64,000 bases of DNA from the NCBI GenBank assembly GCA_041557595.1, contig JBFFGE010000002.1:9047-73046 (forward strand), written 5' to 3'. The first letter of the stretch is position 1. Each line of letters starts with the position of its first letter. The DNA is from Alphaproteobacteria bacterium. GTDB lineage: Bacteria > Pseudomonadota > Alphaproteobacteria > UBA8366. Below the pieces are notes generated by a model that ran no database searches, was not told the origin of the DNA, and worked only from the letters and a program-made list of their open reading frames with translations. Shown piece after piece: positions 27,252-37,352 of this stretch. Position numbers and translations under genes: made by a program.

Positions 27252-27557
27252 ATCGCCGAGCGAACGAAGAAGTTCTTGCGGCCAAACGCCGCGCTTCAGC
27301 GGCTGCGGACACTAATGAAACGCAAGGCCCCTGACAAGTATGATTACAACAAGCGAATTTGCATTTTCCGACAGGCAATAAAACCAACTTGTCGCTTGAT
27401 AGGTGCTAAAGTAGTATCTCGACGAAATTTCCACCGGCCATGTTGGAGCGTGCGGTCTGAATTAATCCGATCTTAAGGGACCGTAAGCGTATACACTGGC
27501 TCCGGGGCGCGTGATGCGCCGTGACGGAAGTCAAGACGGTAAGGTGACCGCTTCATA

Positions 27558-28730
27558 ATGATTGTACTTCGAAATGTTGGCGTTGTTGTCGCAGGCGGCC
27601 TGATGTTGGCCGCGTGCGGTTCGAGCTTTTGGCCTTCCCTGGGCGGCGGCGACTCGTCCGCGGACAAGAGCAGTGGGGAACGTATCGCCATTCCGCCTTC
27701 CAAGGCGGAGGCGTCGGCGCGGGCGCAAGACGAGCGCGGTTCCGGTCCGATTTCGACCATGCCGGAAGTCGCGGCGAAACCGGTAAACGCCCAACCCAAG
27801 CTGTCGGGCGCGTCGACGGGCACGTTTGTCGGCAAGAAAGTCGATGCGATGCGCGGCGACCTGGGCAAGCTGCAGAAGGCGGTGGCCCGGCTGGACGAAC
27901 GCATGCGGCAGATCCGCGGCGACTCGGCCGGCGCGACGAATCGGTATTACGGTGTCGTCGCGGCGATTGACGCCAAGCTGCAAGCCGGCACGACGCCGGG
28001 CAATCCGGTTCTGGTGCAGCGGTGGAACGAGGCGCAAAAGCAACTCAAGCGCGTCGAGGCCAGCATCTCGCAGATGAACAACCTCTCGAACGATGCAGGA
28101 TCGGAAGCAAGCGTGGCCGGGTATCTGCTGGACAGCGTCCGCGCGACCTACACGCTCAGCGGCGCGGTCGATCAGGATCATGTGGACCTGCGCGCCCTGG
28201 AAGACGAAGTCAATCAATCGGTGGTGGTCATCGATCGCCTGTTGAATGAATTGAGCGACGATCTGAATCGCCAAACCACCTATCTCGCCAATGAGCGGCG
28301 TAACCTGACGGCCATGTCGATCGCCATCAAGAACGGCGAACGGTACGGCGCCAGCCTGGCGAACCGGGCCTTCGCGCAAGCCGAGGTGAAGGCCAGCCTC
28401 GCGGCGCGGACGCGCGGCCCCGACGCCGCGGCGCGGCCGCTTGTGGTCATCCGGTTCGACCGGTCGCGCGTGAACTATGAGCGCGTGCTCTACAATGCGG
28501 TCAGCCGGGCGCTCGAGCGGAAGCCGGGCGCGGCATTCGACATCGTCGCGGTCAGTCCGCGAACCGGATCGGCGGCGCAAGTCGTGTTGAACAGCACCGC
28601 GGCCAAGCGCAATGCGGAGAGCGTGATGCGGACGCTGTCGGAAATGGGGCTGCCGTCCAATCGCGTCAACCTGATCGCATCGTCGATCGGCACCGCGCAG
28701 TCCAACGAAGTGCGCATTTACGTCCGATAG
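27558..28730 (+). CDS. lipoprotein of unknown function (coiled-coil middle, degenerate OmpA-C-like tail)
   Basis: The product MIVLRNVGVVVAGGLMLAACGSS has a lipobox. The central section is heptad-like, and the C-terminus AKRNAESVMRTLSEMGLPSNRV...EVRIYVR resembles OmpA-like domains. Confidence 0.6.
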   Translation: MIVLRNVGVVVAGGLMLAACGSSFWPSLGGGDSSADKSSGERIAIPPSKAEASARAQDERGSGPISTMPEVAAKPVNAQPKLSGASTGTFVGKKVDAMRGDLGKLQKAVARLDERMRQIRGDSAGATNRYYGVVAAIDAKLQAGTTPGNPVLVQRWNEAQKQLKRVEASISQMNNLSNDAGSEASVAGYLLDSVRATYTLSGAVDQDHVDLRALEDEVNQSVVVIDRLLNELSDDLNRQTTYLANERRNLTAMSIAIKNGERYGASLANRAFAQAEVKASLAARTRGPDAAARPLVVIRFDRSRVNYERVLYNAVSRALERKPGAAFDIVAVSPRTGSAAQVVLNSTAAKRNAESVMRTLSEMGLPSNRVNLIASSIGTAQSNEVRIYVR

Positions 28731-28761
28731 AGTTTTGATGCCGGCAGTTGCCGGCGGAAAT

Positions 28762-28866
28762 CAGACCATTTCTTATCTAAATTGGCTCATGTGAAATCGT
28801 CTATCTCTTGGTTCTTGCGCAAATACGTCGTCGCGAACCGTTTCGGTTCGCTCGGGATTTGCTCTA
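28762..28866 (-). repeat. intergenic repeat family 1, copy B
   Basis: The reverse complement aligns with copy A (4092-4197) and copy C. It begins with TAGAGC 11 nt after the panC stop and is co-oriented with panC. Confidence 0.85.
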
Positions 28867-28877
28867 GTGGCGGACTG

Positions 28878-29747
28878 TCAGCTTTTTTCGATCGCGATAT
28901 TATCGATGAGCCGCGTGCCGCCTAGATGCGCGGCGGCAAAGACGCGCGCGCGGGCCTGCGACGGCAACTCGCCGCCGAGCGGCGCCAAGGAGTCCCCGTT
29001 CCGAATTTCAAGATAGTCGACCGGGTCGAAACCCGCGTCGCGCAACGCGGCCAAACCCCGGTCGAGTGCGGCCGCCATATCCGTGCCCTGTCGAACGTTT
29101 TTTGCGACCTCCTGCATGATTTGGTGCAGGCGCGGTGCGACGGCGCGTTGATCCGGTGTGAGATACCCGTTGCGGGAGGATAGGGCGAGGCCATCCGCTT
29201 CGCGCACCGTCGGTACGCCGACGATTTCGGTCGGAATATCCAGGTCGCGCGCCAGCCGCTGAACGACCAGCAATTGCTGGTAGTCCTTCTCGCCGAAATA
29301 GGCGCGGTCGGGCAGCGATTGCAGCAGCAGTTTGCAGACGATGGTCGCGACGCCCTGAAAGAAGTGCGGGCGCACGGCGCCGCAGAGGCCTTCGCTTACG
29401 CCCGCCACGGTGATGCGCGTCGCGAATCCATCGGTGTACATTTCGGGCGCGTCGGGCGCGAAGACGAGATCGGCGCCCAATGCCGACAGTTTTGCAAGAT
29501 CGGCGGTTTCCTCCCGCGGATAGGTTTCGAAATCCTCGGTCGGCCCGAATTGCGTCGGATTGACGAAGATCGTCACGACGGTCCGGCGGCAGTCGGCCAG
29601 GCTCGCCCCGACAAGCGCCAGATGGCCATCGTGCAGCGATCCCATGGTCGGCACCAATCCGATGGATGCGCCCTCGCCGCGCCAGGTGCGGATTTGGTCG
29701 CGGAGCCCGGCGATCGTGCGCACGATCTCGGGCGGGGAGGACGTCAT
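28878..29747 (-). CDS. panC: pantoate--beta-alanine ligase
   Basis: The start was trimmed to MTSSPPEIVRTIAGL. The motifs PTMGSLHDGHLAL and the GEKDYQQ region are typical of PanC. Confidence 0.92.
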   Translation of the reverse strand: MTSSPPEIVRTIAGLRDQIRTWRGEGASIGLVPTMGSLHDGHLALVGASLADCRRTVVTIFVNPTQFGPTEDFETYPREETADLAKLSALGADLVFAPDAPEMYTDGFATRITVAGVSEGLCGAVRPHFFQGVATIVCKLLLQSLPDRAYFGEKDYQQLLVVQRLARDLDIPTEIVGVPTVREADGLALSSRNGYLTPDQRAVAPRLHQIMQEVAKNVRQGTDMAAALDRGLAALRDAGFDPVDYLEIRNGDSLAPLGGELPSQARARVFAAAHLGGTRLIDNIAIEKS

Positions 29748-29752
29748 GGCCG

Positions 29753-30589
29753 CTACTCCGCCGCCGGACGCGACTTCGCGGTGAAGCATTGCTCCGCACC
29801 TGGAAACTTGCGGGCCCGGACGTCTTTGGCATACGCCGCCGCTGCTGCCTGGAGCTGATCGCCGAGGTCGGCGTACCGTTTGACGAATTTGGGTTTGAAT
29901 TTCGAAAACATGCCGACCAGGTCGTCGGTCACGAGGATCTGGCCGTCGCACGTCGGCGACGCGCCAATGCCGATGGTCGGTATTTCGACCTCTTCGGTTA
30001 TCCGCTTCGCCAGCGGCTCCATGACGCCCTCGATCACCAGCGCAAAGGCGCCGGCGTCGGCGATGGCCACCGCGTCCTGCAGGATCTGCTCGGCCTCGTC
30101 GCCGTTGCGACCGTGAACCCGGTAGCCGCCCGCCGCGTTAACGTATTGCGGCAGCAGGCCGACATGGCCAAATACCGGAATGCCGCGCTCGCTGAGAAAC
30201 CGCACGGTCTCGGCCATCTCCGCGCCGCCTTCGAGCTTGATGCCCTGACAGCGGGTTTCCGCCATGATCCGCGCGGCGCTGCGGAACGCCTGTTCCGGGC
30301 TCTCCTGATAGCTGCCGAAGGGCAGGTCGACCATGACGCAGGCATGCGTCGTCGCGCGGGTCACCGCACGGCCATGCGCGATCATCATGTCGAGGGTCAC
30401 CCCGATCGTGCTGTCCATGCCGTAAATCACCATCGCCAGGGAATCGCCGACCAGCAACAGGTCCATATGCGGATCCAGCAGCTGGGCGACCGGCGCGGTA
30501 TAGGCGGTCAGGCATGCCAGGGGTTCCTGGCCTTTTCGGCGGCGAATTTCGGGCACGGTCACCCGGCCCTGACGTTGCTTTTTGGTCAT
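29753..30589 (-). CDS. panB: 3-methyl-2-oxobutanoate hydroxymethyltransferase
   Basis: The 278-aa ORF has the motifs [16 protein letters not shown] and KLEGG. It lies upstream of panC. Confidence 0.92.
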   Translation of the reverse strand: MTKKQRQGRVTVPEIRRRKGQEPLACLTAYTAPVAQLLDPHMDLLLVGDSLAMVIYGMDSTIGVTLDMMIAHGRAVTRATTHACVMVDLPFGSYQESPEQAFRSAARIMAETRCQGIKLEGGAEMAETVRFLSERGIPVFGHVGLLPQYVNAAGGYRVHGRNGDEAEQILQDAVAIADAGAFALVIEGVMEPLAKRITEEVEIPTIGIGASPTCDGQILVTDDLVGMFSKFKPKFVKRYADLGDQLQAAAAAYAKDVRARKFPGAEQCFTAKSRPAAE

Positions 30590-30703
30590 GTTTCAAACCC
30601 GTTCTGGATGGCCGGCGCGGCGCGCATGGCCGGAAGGGTCAATCGAATCTTTCATATAGGAGCATTTTCGCCAAAACAATTGCTGCAATGCAAAATAATT
30701 TTG

Positions 30704-32062
30704 TCACATGAGAGGTAGCTCGATACGGAAGATGGTGCCGTCCGCGCTGCTTTCGACAAGCTCGAGGTCCCCGCCGTGATTGCGTACCAGTTCGCGCGCG
30801 ATCGCCAGGCCCAGCCCGGTGCCGCCGGCGCGAACCGACCCTTCGAAGGGTTGAAACAGCTTGTCGCGCGCGCGCGGCGGCAGGCCGGGCCCGTTATCGG
30901 CCACGTCAATGCGGACCCAGCGGCCATTGGTCGCCGCGTCGATTGCAACCGTCTCCGCGCCGGCTTCGGCCGCGTTCCGAACCAGATTGTTCAATATCCG
31001 GAATAGTTGATCCCGGTCGGCCTCGAGTTCGAGATCGGCGGGGATGCGGTTCTCCAGCGAGGCCTTGGCGTCTCCTGCCGTCGCCAGGCCGTCGCCGAGA
31101 TCTTCGACCAGGGTGTGCAATGGAAAACGGCTGCGCGAGACATCCGGCTGGTCCTGACCGACAAAATCGAGCGTTTGGCTGCACAGGTTCACCGCGCGCT
31201 CGATCGATGAAAACAAGGTTGGCGTGACCCGGCGTACCTCGGGATCGTCGACGGCGCCGAGCCGGTCGGAAATCAGCAATGCGGACGCCAGAATGCCGCG
31301 AAGATCGTGATTGACCTTGGCCACCGCGGTGCCGAGCGCGGCCAGATGGGCGCGCTGCTTCAGGGTCGCCCGCAAGCGGGTCTGCATGCCCGCCAATTCG
31401 CGTTGCGCCGTGCCGATTTCGTCAAGGCGGGGCGACGGGATGATGACCCGTGTCGCGTCCTCCGGGTCTTCGCGAAAGGCCACCATATTGGCGGTGATCG
31501 CGCGCATCGGCCGGACCAGCAACCAGTGCAGCGCCAGATAAACCAGCGACGCGGTAATCAGCGAGATGACGATCGAGAGCCCAAGGATACGCCAGCCGAA
31601 ATCGATCATGGCGCGGCGCATCGGCGCTTCGTCGACAACGACCTCGATGGTCACCGATGGATCCTTCGGTGACGGGCCAATGATCCGGACGACGCGGTCC
31701 TCGGTGCGCCACAATGTCATGAACGTGTCGCGTAGATGCGGCAGCATACTCAATTTTTCCAGGCGAAAACTCTCGGCGACCGGTGGGGGCGTGGCGCTGC
31801 CGCTCAGGACCAACCGGGCGCCGCCGCGACGAACGAACAGACCGAAGGCGCCGACCTGACCGAGCAGCTCCTTGCGCAGCATTTCGCTGACCATTCTGTC
31901 CGGCGTCGCGTCCAGCGCCAGGATGGCGAGGTGGCCCAGGCCGAGCTTCTCCTCCATCCAACTTTCGCGGAATCGTGCGATCGAGGGCACGAATATCAGC
32001 ACCTCCGCGATCATGACGAAGGCGATGGTCAGCACGAGCAGACGGGATGATAGACTTCTCAT
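30704..32062 (-). CDS. sensor histidine kinase (two TM, HAMP, HisKA, HATPase_c); no adjacent response regulator
   Basis: The H-box (VNHDLRGIL), N-box (LNNLVRNAAEA) and G-boxes (DNGPGL, GTGLGLAI) are all present. Confidence 0.85.
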   Translation of the reverse strand: MRSLSSRLLVLTIAFVMIAEVLIFVPSIARFRESWMEEKLGLGHLAILALDATPDRMVSEMLRKELLGQVGAFGLFVRRGGARLVLSGSATPPPVAESFRLEKLSMLPHLRDTFMTLWRTEDRVVRIIGPSPKDPSVTIEVVVDEAPMRRAMIDFGWRILGLSIVISLITASLVYLALHWLLVRPMRAITANMVAFREDPEDATRVIIPSPRLDEIGTAQRELAGMQTRLRATLKQRAHLAALGTAVAKVNHDLRGILASALLISDRLGAVDDPEVRRVTPTLFSSIERAVNLCSQTLDFVGQDQPDVSRSRFPLHTLVEDLGDGLATAGDAKASLENRIPADLELEADRDQLFRILNNLVRNAAEAGAETVAIDAATNGRWVRIDVADNGPGLPPRARDKLFQPFEGSVRAGGTGLGLAIARELVRNHGGDLELVESSADGTIFRIELPLM

Positions 32063-32165
32063 GGCCGTTTCACGAAGCCGCGAACGCCTACCGTTTCAAC
32101 GAAGTGCCAGGGACCAGTGCGCACATGGCGGCAACCTTAGCGGAAAGAATCGCGATATGCGACGA

Positions 32166-32897
32166 TTAGCTTTTGCGGGCCTTGACGCGTTTATAGACGA
32201 TCGGGACGATCGCCAGAATTGCCAATCCGATCAAGGCAGTAAGTATTTCAGGGGTGAGAATGCCGCTGGCTGTAAATTCTTCCCCGGAATCGAATATGCT
32301 GCCGAGACCCGTGCCGACGGCGATGAAGACAAAGGTGCCCGGGATGATGCCGATAAAGGTCGCGATCACGAAGACCCGCAAGCTGACGCCGAGAAATGCC
32401 GGGACCAAATTCACGATGAAGAACGGAAAAAGCGGGATCAGGCGTAAAATCAGCAGATAATTCAACGCGTTTTCGCTGAAGCCTTCTTCCATTTTGCGCA
32501 GAAAAGGGCCCGCCTTGGCGCGCAGATAATCGCCCAACGCGGTCTTGGCCGCGAGGAACAGGATCGTTGCGCCGATGGTCGCCGCAAAGACGACATACAG
32601 CGTGCCCAAGACCTGTCCGAAGAGGAAACCGCCGGTAATGGTCATCACGGCGCCGCCGGGAAGCGAGAACGCGACGACGGCAATGTAGAGGCCAATGAAC
32701 ACCAGGGCCGCTAAAACGGCCGAATTCTGCACGTGATTGAGCAACCAGGCACGATTTTCGCGCAATGCCTCGAAGGTCAGATATTGATCGAGATCGAAGG
32801 CGAAAAAGGCGATCAGACCGGCGACCAGCACCAGGAGCGGAATAAGTTTCTTGGCGTCGAACCTCTTGGCGCTCCCGTCTCGTTGCTCCATTTCCAT
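32166..32897 (-). CDS. TVP38/TMEM64 (DedA-related) family membrane protein
   Basis: The ORF is multi-TM with LIPLFPFF-type motifs. The start was trimmed to MEMEQRDG (32897) inside ORF 32166-32969. Confidence 0.75.
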   Translation of the reverse strand: MEMEQRDGSAKRFDAKKLIPLLVLVAGLIAFFAFDLDQYLTFEALRENRAWLLNHVQNSAVLAALVFIGLYIAVVAFSLPGGAVMTITGGFLFGQVLGTLYVVFAATIGATILFLAAKTALGDYLRAKAGPFLRKMEEGFSENALNYLLILRLIPLFPFFIVNLVPAFLGVSLRVFVIATFIGIIPGTFVFIAVGTGLGSIFDSGEEFTASGILTPEILTALIGLAILAIVPIVYKRVKARKS

Positions 32898-33041
32898 CGG
32901 TCTCTCCAAATCTCGGCGGCGCAGGGCGATAGGGGTGTCTACTATGTGTCGGCCGGGGCCGCGATTCACCTTACTGTGAATACCCCGCTACTTTGAACCG
33001 GCGGCGCCGAGACAGAATCGATATCCCACCCGATGGGTCAA

Positions 33042-33070
33042 TTGACTTGGATCAGGCGAACTTCTATACA
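33042..33070 (+). promoter_or_regulatory. putative sigma-70 promoter of rpmH-rnpA (TTGACT-17 nt-TATACA)
   Basis: The hexamers were read directly. The -10 element ends 35 nt before the rpmH GTG. Confidence 0.45.
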
Positions 33071-33105
33071 CCGGGCTCGAAAGACAGGGGCACAGGAGAC
33101 TTGCC

Positions 33106-33240
33106 GTGAAACGCACCTATCAGCCAAGCCGCCTCGTGCGCAAGCGCCGCCACGGGTTTCGGTCCCGGATGGCGACGAAAGCGGGACGCCGCGTTTTGGC
33201 GCGCCGCCGAAAGAAGGGCCGCAACCGGCTCTCTGCCTGA
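33106..33240 (+). CDS. rpmH: 50S ribosomal protein L34
   Basis: The GTG start follows an AGGAGA RBS. The product is [44 protein letters not shown] (44 aa), which is below the ORF-track cut-off. Confidence 0.95.
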   Translation: MKRTYQPSRLVRKRRHGFRSRMATKAGRRVLARRRKKGRNRLSA

Positions 33241-33244
33241 CGTT

Positions 33245-33598
33245 ATGCGATGGGCTGTCTGCCCGATCAAACGCCGGCCGGAATATTTGCGGGTCGCCGC
33301 GCGTGGGCGCAAAGTCGCGATGCCCGGCCTGGTCCTGCAGGCCTGCCGGCGTTCGACGCAAGCGAGCCCGCTGCGCGTCGGGCTGACCGCCAGTCGCAGG
33401 GTCGGCGGCGCGGTTCAGCGCAACCGGGCGCGTCGACGCTTGCGCGAAGCCGTTGCGAGGGTTATGCCTCTGCACGCTGCCGCGGGGTATGACTATGTCG
33501 TCATCGCCCGCAGCGCGTCCGTGCGGCGTTCCTTTCCGGCGCTGACGCACGACCTTGAAATTGCCTTGAAGCGTCTTGATCTATGGCGCAACGATTAA
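33245..33598 (+). CDS. rnpA: ribonuclease P protein component
   Basis: The 117-aa basic protein contains the RNR motif region (GGAVQRNRARRRLRE). It lies directly after rpmH. Confidence 0.88.
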   Translation: MRWAVCPIKRRPEYLRVAARGRKVAMPGLVLQACRRSTQASPLRVGLTASRRVGGAVQRNRARRRLREAVARVMPLHAAAGYDYVVIARSASVRRSFPALTHDLEIALKRLDLWRND

Positions 33599-33623
33599 TG
33601 CAGGATCGGAGCTTCTAACGCCA

Positions 33624-33911
33624 ATGGGTGCCGCCGCGAGAATCTTGCGTACCGCCATTCGCGGGTACCAGCTGTTCCTGTCGCCCTTTACGGTCGGCTC
33701 GTGCCGCTTTGCGCCGAGCTGTTCGCATTATGCGATGGAGGCGGTCGAGCGTCATGGTCCGGTCGTCGGCAGCTGGATGGCGGTGCGCCGCCTGGTCCGG
33801 TGTAATCCATGGGGCGGCAGCGGGTTCGATCCGGTCCCTCCCAAGGCTTCGGATTGCGGCCATGCGGCGGCTCTCTCACAAAAGGCGAACATTCGGGTGA
33901 CGGCGCGATAA
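33624..33911 (+). CDS. yidD: membrane protein insertion efficiency factor YidD
   Basis: The motifs YQLFLSP...CRFAPSCSHYAMEA...G and RCNPW are present. The ATG at 33624 was chosen inside ORF 33576-33911. Confidence 0.85.
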   Translation: MGAAARILRTAIRGYQLFLSPFTVGSCRFAPSCSHYAMEAVERHGPVVGSWMAVRRLVRCNPWGGSGFDPVPPKASDCGHAAALSQKANIRVTAR

Positions 33912-35710
33912 TGGGCGATCAAAAAAATCTTCTTGTCGCAATCGTGCTGTCGATTGCCATCCTCTTTACCTATCAGATTTTTTACGAAATGCCGCGCGCC
34001 GATCGGGAGCGCGCGCAGCAGGCGAAGATAGCGCAGCAGAAAAAGGCGGCGCCGCAATCCGGAGCGCCGACAGTCGGCGCGCAAACCGGAAAGCCCGGCG
34101 CGGCGGCTGTGCCCGGGAGCGTCCCGGGCGATACGCCCCGTCTCGGTGTCGACACTTCCGGAGTTGTGGGGGCGACGACGGCGAGCCCGGCGGAACAGCG
34201 GGAAGCGGCCGTTAAGTCCGTGCCGAGGCTGGTCATCGATACACCGCGGCTCGAAGGTTCGATTTCCCTGAAGGGCGCGCGGATCGACGACCTGTTGCTC
34301 AAGGGATATCGCGAGACGATCAAGAAAGATAGCCCGCTGGTGGAGCTGTTGCAGCCGATCGGCACCAGCAAACCGTATTATGCCGAGTTCGGCTGGCTCG
34401 GCGACAGCTCGCTGAAATTGCCCAATCGCAATTCAGTATGGACCGCGGACCGCAATACCCTGACGCCGAACGTGGCCGCGACGCTGAGCTGGGACAATGG
34501 CGCGGGTCTGGTTTTCGAGCAGCGGATCGCGCTCGACAAGAACTACATGTTCACGGTGACCCAGCGGGTCCGCAACAGCGGCGCCGATCCGGTAACGCTT
34601 GCACCCTATGGCCTGATTTCCCGCACAGGCACGCCTGAAATCCTGGGGTTCTATATCCTCCATGAAGGGCTGGTCGGCGTTCTCAATGACACGCTGACCG
34701 AGGTGGATTATTCGGATCTGACCGAAGACGGACCAAAACGCTATGAAACGAATGGCGGCTGGCTCGGGATTACCGATAAATACTGGCTGACCGCGCTCGT
34801 TCCGGACCAGAAACAAACCATCAAGGCGAGTTTCAACAGCGGCAAGGCTAACGAGTTCAACAAATATCAGGCGGACTACCTGCTGGAATCGCGGACTGTC
34901 CCGGCGGGCGGCGAGATCGAACTCACGAACCACTTGTTCGCCGGGGTCAAGCAGGTGCCGCTGCTGGACGCGTATGAATCCGAACTCGGGATACCCCGCT
35001 TCGATCTCGCGGTGGATTTCGGCTGGTTCTATTTTCTCACCAAGCCGATTTTTTACGCCCTGCTCTGGCTGGAGAAGTTCATCGGCAATTTCGGTCTCGC
35101 CATTCTGGCGCTGACCGTCGGCATCAAACTGCTGTTCTTCCCGCTGGCCAACAAATCTTACAAGGCGATGGCCAAGATGAAGGCGCTGTCGCCGAAGATG
35201 CAGGCCTTGAAGGAACGGTTCGGCGACGACCGCCAGAAGATGAACGAGCAGCTGATGAAGCTGTACAAGGATGAAAAGGTGAACCCGGCCGCCGGCTGCC
35301 TGCCGATGGTCATACAGATTCCGGTCTTCTTTGCGCTGTATAAGGTCCTGTTCGTCACCATCGAAATGCGTCACGCGCCGTTTTACGGTTGGATCCAGGA
35401 TCTCTCGGCGCGCGATCCGCTGGGCATGCTGACGCTGTTCGGCCTGGTCGACTGGCAGGTGCCGGCGATGCTCGATGTCGTCAATATCGGCATCTGGCCC
35501 TTGATCATGGGCATCACCATGTACCTGCAGCAAAAACTCAATCCGGCGCCGACCGATCCGATACAGGCGAAGATCTTCATGTTCATGCCGATCATCTTCA
35601 CCTTTATCCTCGCCCCCTTCCCGGCCGGTCTGGTGATTTACTGGGCCTGGAACAACGTGCTGGGAATCGCGCAGCAATGGACGATCATGAAGCGCATGGG
35701 CGTGAAGTGA
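33911..35710 (+). CDS. yidC: membrane protein insertase YidC
   Basis: The start MGDQKNLLVAIVLSIAILF (ATG at 33911) overlaps the yidD TAA. A large periplasmic domain is followed by the conserved C-terminal 60-kDa IMP core. Confidence 0.92.
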   Translation: MGDQKNLLVAIVLSIAILFTYQIFYEMPRADRERAQQAKIAQQKKAAPQSGAPTVGAQTGKPGAAAVPGSVPGDTPRLGVDTSGVVGATTASPAEQREAAVKSVPRLVIDTPRLEGSISLKGARIDDLLLKGYRETIKKDSPLVELLQPIGTSKPYYAEFGWLGDSSLKLPNRNSVWTADRNTLTPNVAATLSWDNGAGLVFEQRIALDKNYMFTVTQRVRNSGADPVTLAPYGLISRTGTPEILGFYILHEGLVGVLNDTLTEVDYSDLTEDGPKRYETNGGWLGITDKYWLTALVPDQKQTIKASFNSGKANEFNKYQADYLLESRTVPAGGEIELTNHLFAGVKQVPLLDAYESELGIPRFDLAVDFGWFYFLTKPIFYALLWLEKFIGNFGLAILALTVGIKLLFFPLANKSYKAMAKMKALSPKMQALKERFGDDRQKMNEQLMKLYKDEKVNPAAGCLPMVIQIPVFFALYKVLFVTIEMRHAPFYGWIQDLSARDPLGMLTLFGLVDWQVPAMLDVVNIGIWPLIMGITMYLQQKLNPAPTDPIQAKIFMFMPIIFTFILAPFPAGLVIYWAWNNVLGIAQQWTIMKRMGVK

Positions 35711-36345
35711 CCTCGGCAGACGCCGAGCAAATTGAAGCCGCCCGCAAGCTATTTGCCCAGGAATGCCGGTTCGTGACCGGGGCGGCCGGCCTCGACGGGT
35801 TGCCGGCCGGCAGCTTGCCGGAAGTCGCCTTCGCAGGCCGGTCGAATGTCGGAAAATCCAGCCTGATCAATGCCCTGACCGGACGAAAAACCCTGGCCCG
35901 GACCTCGAACACGCCAGGCCGGACGCGGCAGCTGAACTTCTTCGATCTGGGCGGTCGGCTGATGATCGTCGACCTGCCGGGCTATGGCTTTGCGAAGGCG
36001 TCGAAGGCGGAGGCGCGGGCCTGGACCGGATTGACGCGCGACTATTTGCGCGGCCGGGCCGAGTTGCGCCGTCTGTGCCTCTTGATCGACGCCCGCCATG
36101 GGTTGAAACCGTCGGATAGCGACCTCATGGCGATGCTGGCGGAGTCCGCGGTCCCCTACCGCGTCATCCTGACCAAGGCGGACAAGCCGAAAGCCGCGGA
36201 GCTCGCCGTCCGCCGCGCCGACATCGAGCAAGTATTGCGCGCCCATGCGGCCGCGATGCCGGAGGTCCTGGTGACGAGCGCGCGCAAGGGATCCGGAATC
36301 GCCGAGCTGCGCGCCGATCTCGCCACGCTGGCGGCAGACTGCTGA
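35707..36345 (+). CDS. engB: ribosome biogenesis GTP-binding protein YihA/EngB
   Basis: The GTG at 35707 overlaps the yidC stop (GTGA). The G1 motif GRSNVGKSSLINAL and G3 motif DLPGYG are present. Confidence 0.88.
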   Translation: MTSADAEQIEAARKLFAQECRFVTGAAGLDGLPAGSLPEVAFAGRSNVGKSSLINALTGRKTLARTSNTPGRTRQLNFFDLGGRLMIVDLPGYGFAKASKAEARAWTGLTRDYLRGRAELRRLCLLIDARHGLKPSDSDLMAMLAESAVPYRVILTKADKPKAAELAVRRADIEQVLRAHAAAMPEVLVTSARKGSGIAELRADLATLAADC

Positions 36346-36429
36346 TTGGGTTAAAAAACCGGTCGAGCATCCTGCAGCCCGCCAATGCGCGTCCACGCCG
36401 GTGGACGCCGCGCTAAAGGTTTCCGAGCA

Positions 36430-37338
36430 ATGACCAGCGAAAAGACGCAACTCCGAAAGAACTGGCTCGAACGGGCCGGGATATTGACCGAGGCCCTGCC
36501 CTATATGCGGCGTCATGCGGGCCATACCTTCGTCATCAAGTATGGCGGTCACGCCATGGGGGACGCGGACCTCGCCGCCGTTTTCGCGCGCGACGTCGTG
36601 TTGCTGAAGCAGGTCGGCATCAACCCCGTCGTCGTGCATGGCGGCGGCCCGCAGATCGGCGCGATGCTCGAACGGTTGATGATCAAGAGCGATTTTGTCG
36701 ACGGGCTGCGCGTGACCGATGCGGCGACCGTGGAAATCGTCGAAATGGTGTTGTCCGGCCAGATCAACAAACAGATCGTCGCCAGCATCGCCGATGCCGG
36801 CGGCCGCGCGGTCGGCATTTCCGGCAAGGATGGCGGATTGATCCATGTGCGCAAACTCGAACGGACGGTGCGCGATCCGGATTCCAACATCGAAAAGGTG
36901 GTCGATCTCGGGTTCGTCGGCGATCCCGACCATGTGGATCCGCATATCCTGAACGTATTGCGCGACACCGATATCATCCCGGTGATCGCGCCGCTCGGCG
37001 TCGACGCGGCGGGCCAGACCTTCAACATCAACGCGGACACGGTGGCCGGCGCCATCGCCGCCGCGCTCGGGGCGACGCGGTTGCTCCTGCTCACCGATGT
37101 CGAAGGCGTGCTTGACAAGGACGGCGCGCTGATACCGGAAATGACGGTGCAGGACGCGGCGGCGCGGCGCAAGGACGGCACTCTCACCGGCGGCATGATT
37201 CCCAAGGTGGAGACCTGTGTCGATGCGGTCGACAAGGGCGTCGAAGGGTCGGTCATTCTCGACGGACGGGTACCGCACGCCATTCTGCTGGAACTCTTCA
37301 CGGAGCACGGATCGGGCACCCTGATCCGCGCGGGCTAG
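36430..37338 (+). CDS. argB: acetylglutamate kinase
   Basis: The start was trimmed to MTSEKTQL. The motifs [10 protein letters not shown] and [12 protein letters not shown] are present. Confidence 0.92.
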   Translation: MTSEKTQLRKNWLERAGILTEALPYMRRHAGHTFVIKYGGHAMGDADLAAVFARDVVLLKQVGINPVVVHGGGPQIGAMLERLMIKSDFVDGLRVTDAATVEIVEMVLSGQINKQIVASIADAGGRAVGISGKDGGLIHVRKLERTVRDPDSNIEKVVDLGFVGDPDHVDPHILNVLRDTDIIPVIAPLGVDAAGQTFNINADTVAGAIAAALGATRLLLLTDVEGVLDKDGALIPEMTVQDAAARRKDGTLTGGMIPKVETCVDAVDKGVEGSVILDGRVPHAILLELFTEHGSGTLIRAG

Positions 37339-37352
37339 AGCCGGACGACGCC

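Noticed and set aside
32898-33105. I considered a chromosomal origin (oriC) or DnaA-box cluster next to rpmH-rnpA-yidC, as found in many bacteria.
   Set aside because: No dnaA gene is adjacent and no TTATCCACA-like boxes are seen (only ATATCCCAC once). Alphaproteobacterial origins are usually located elsewhere. The region is adequately explained by the rpmH promoter.
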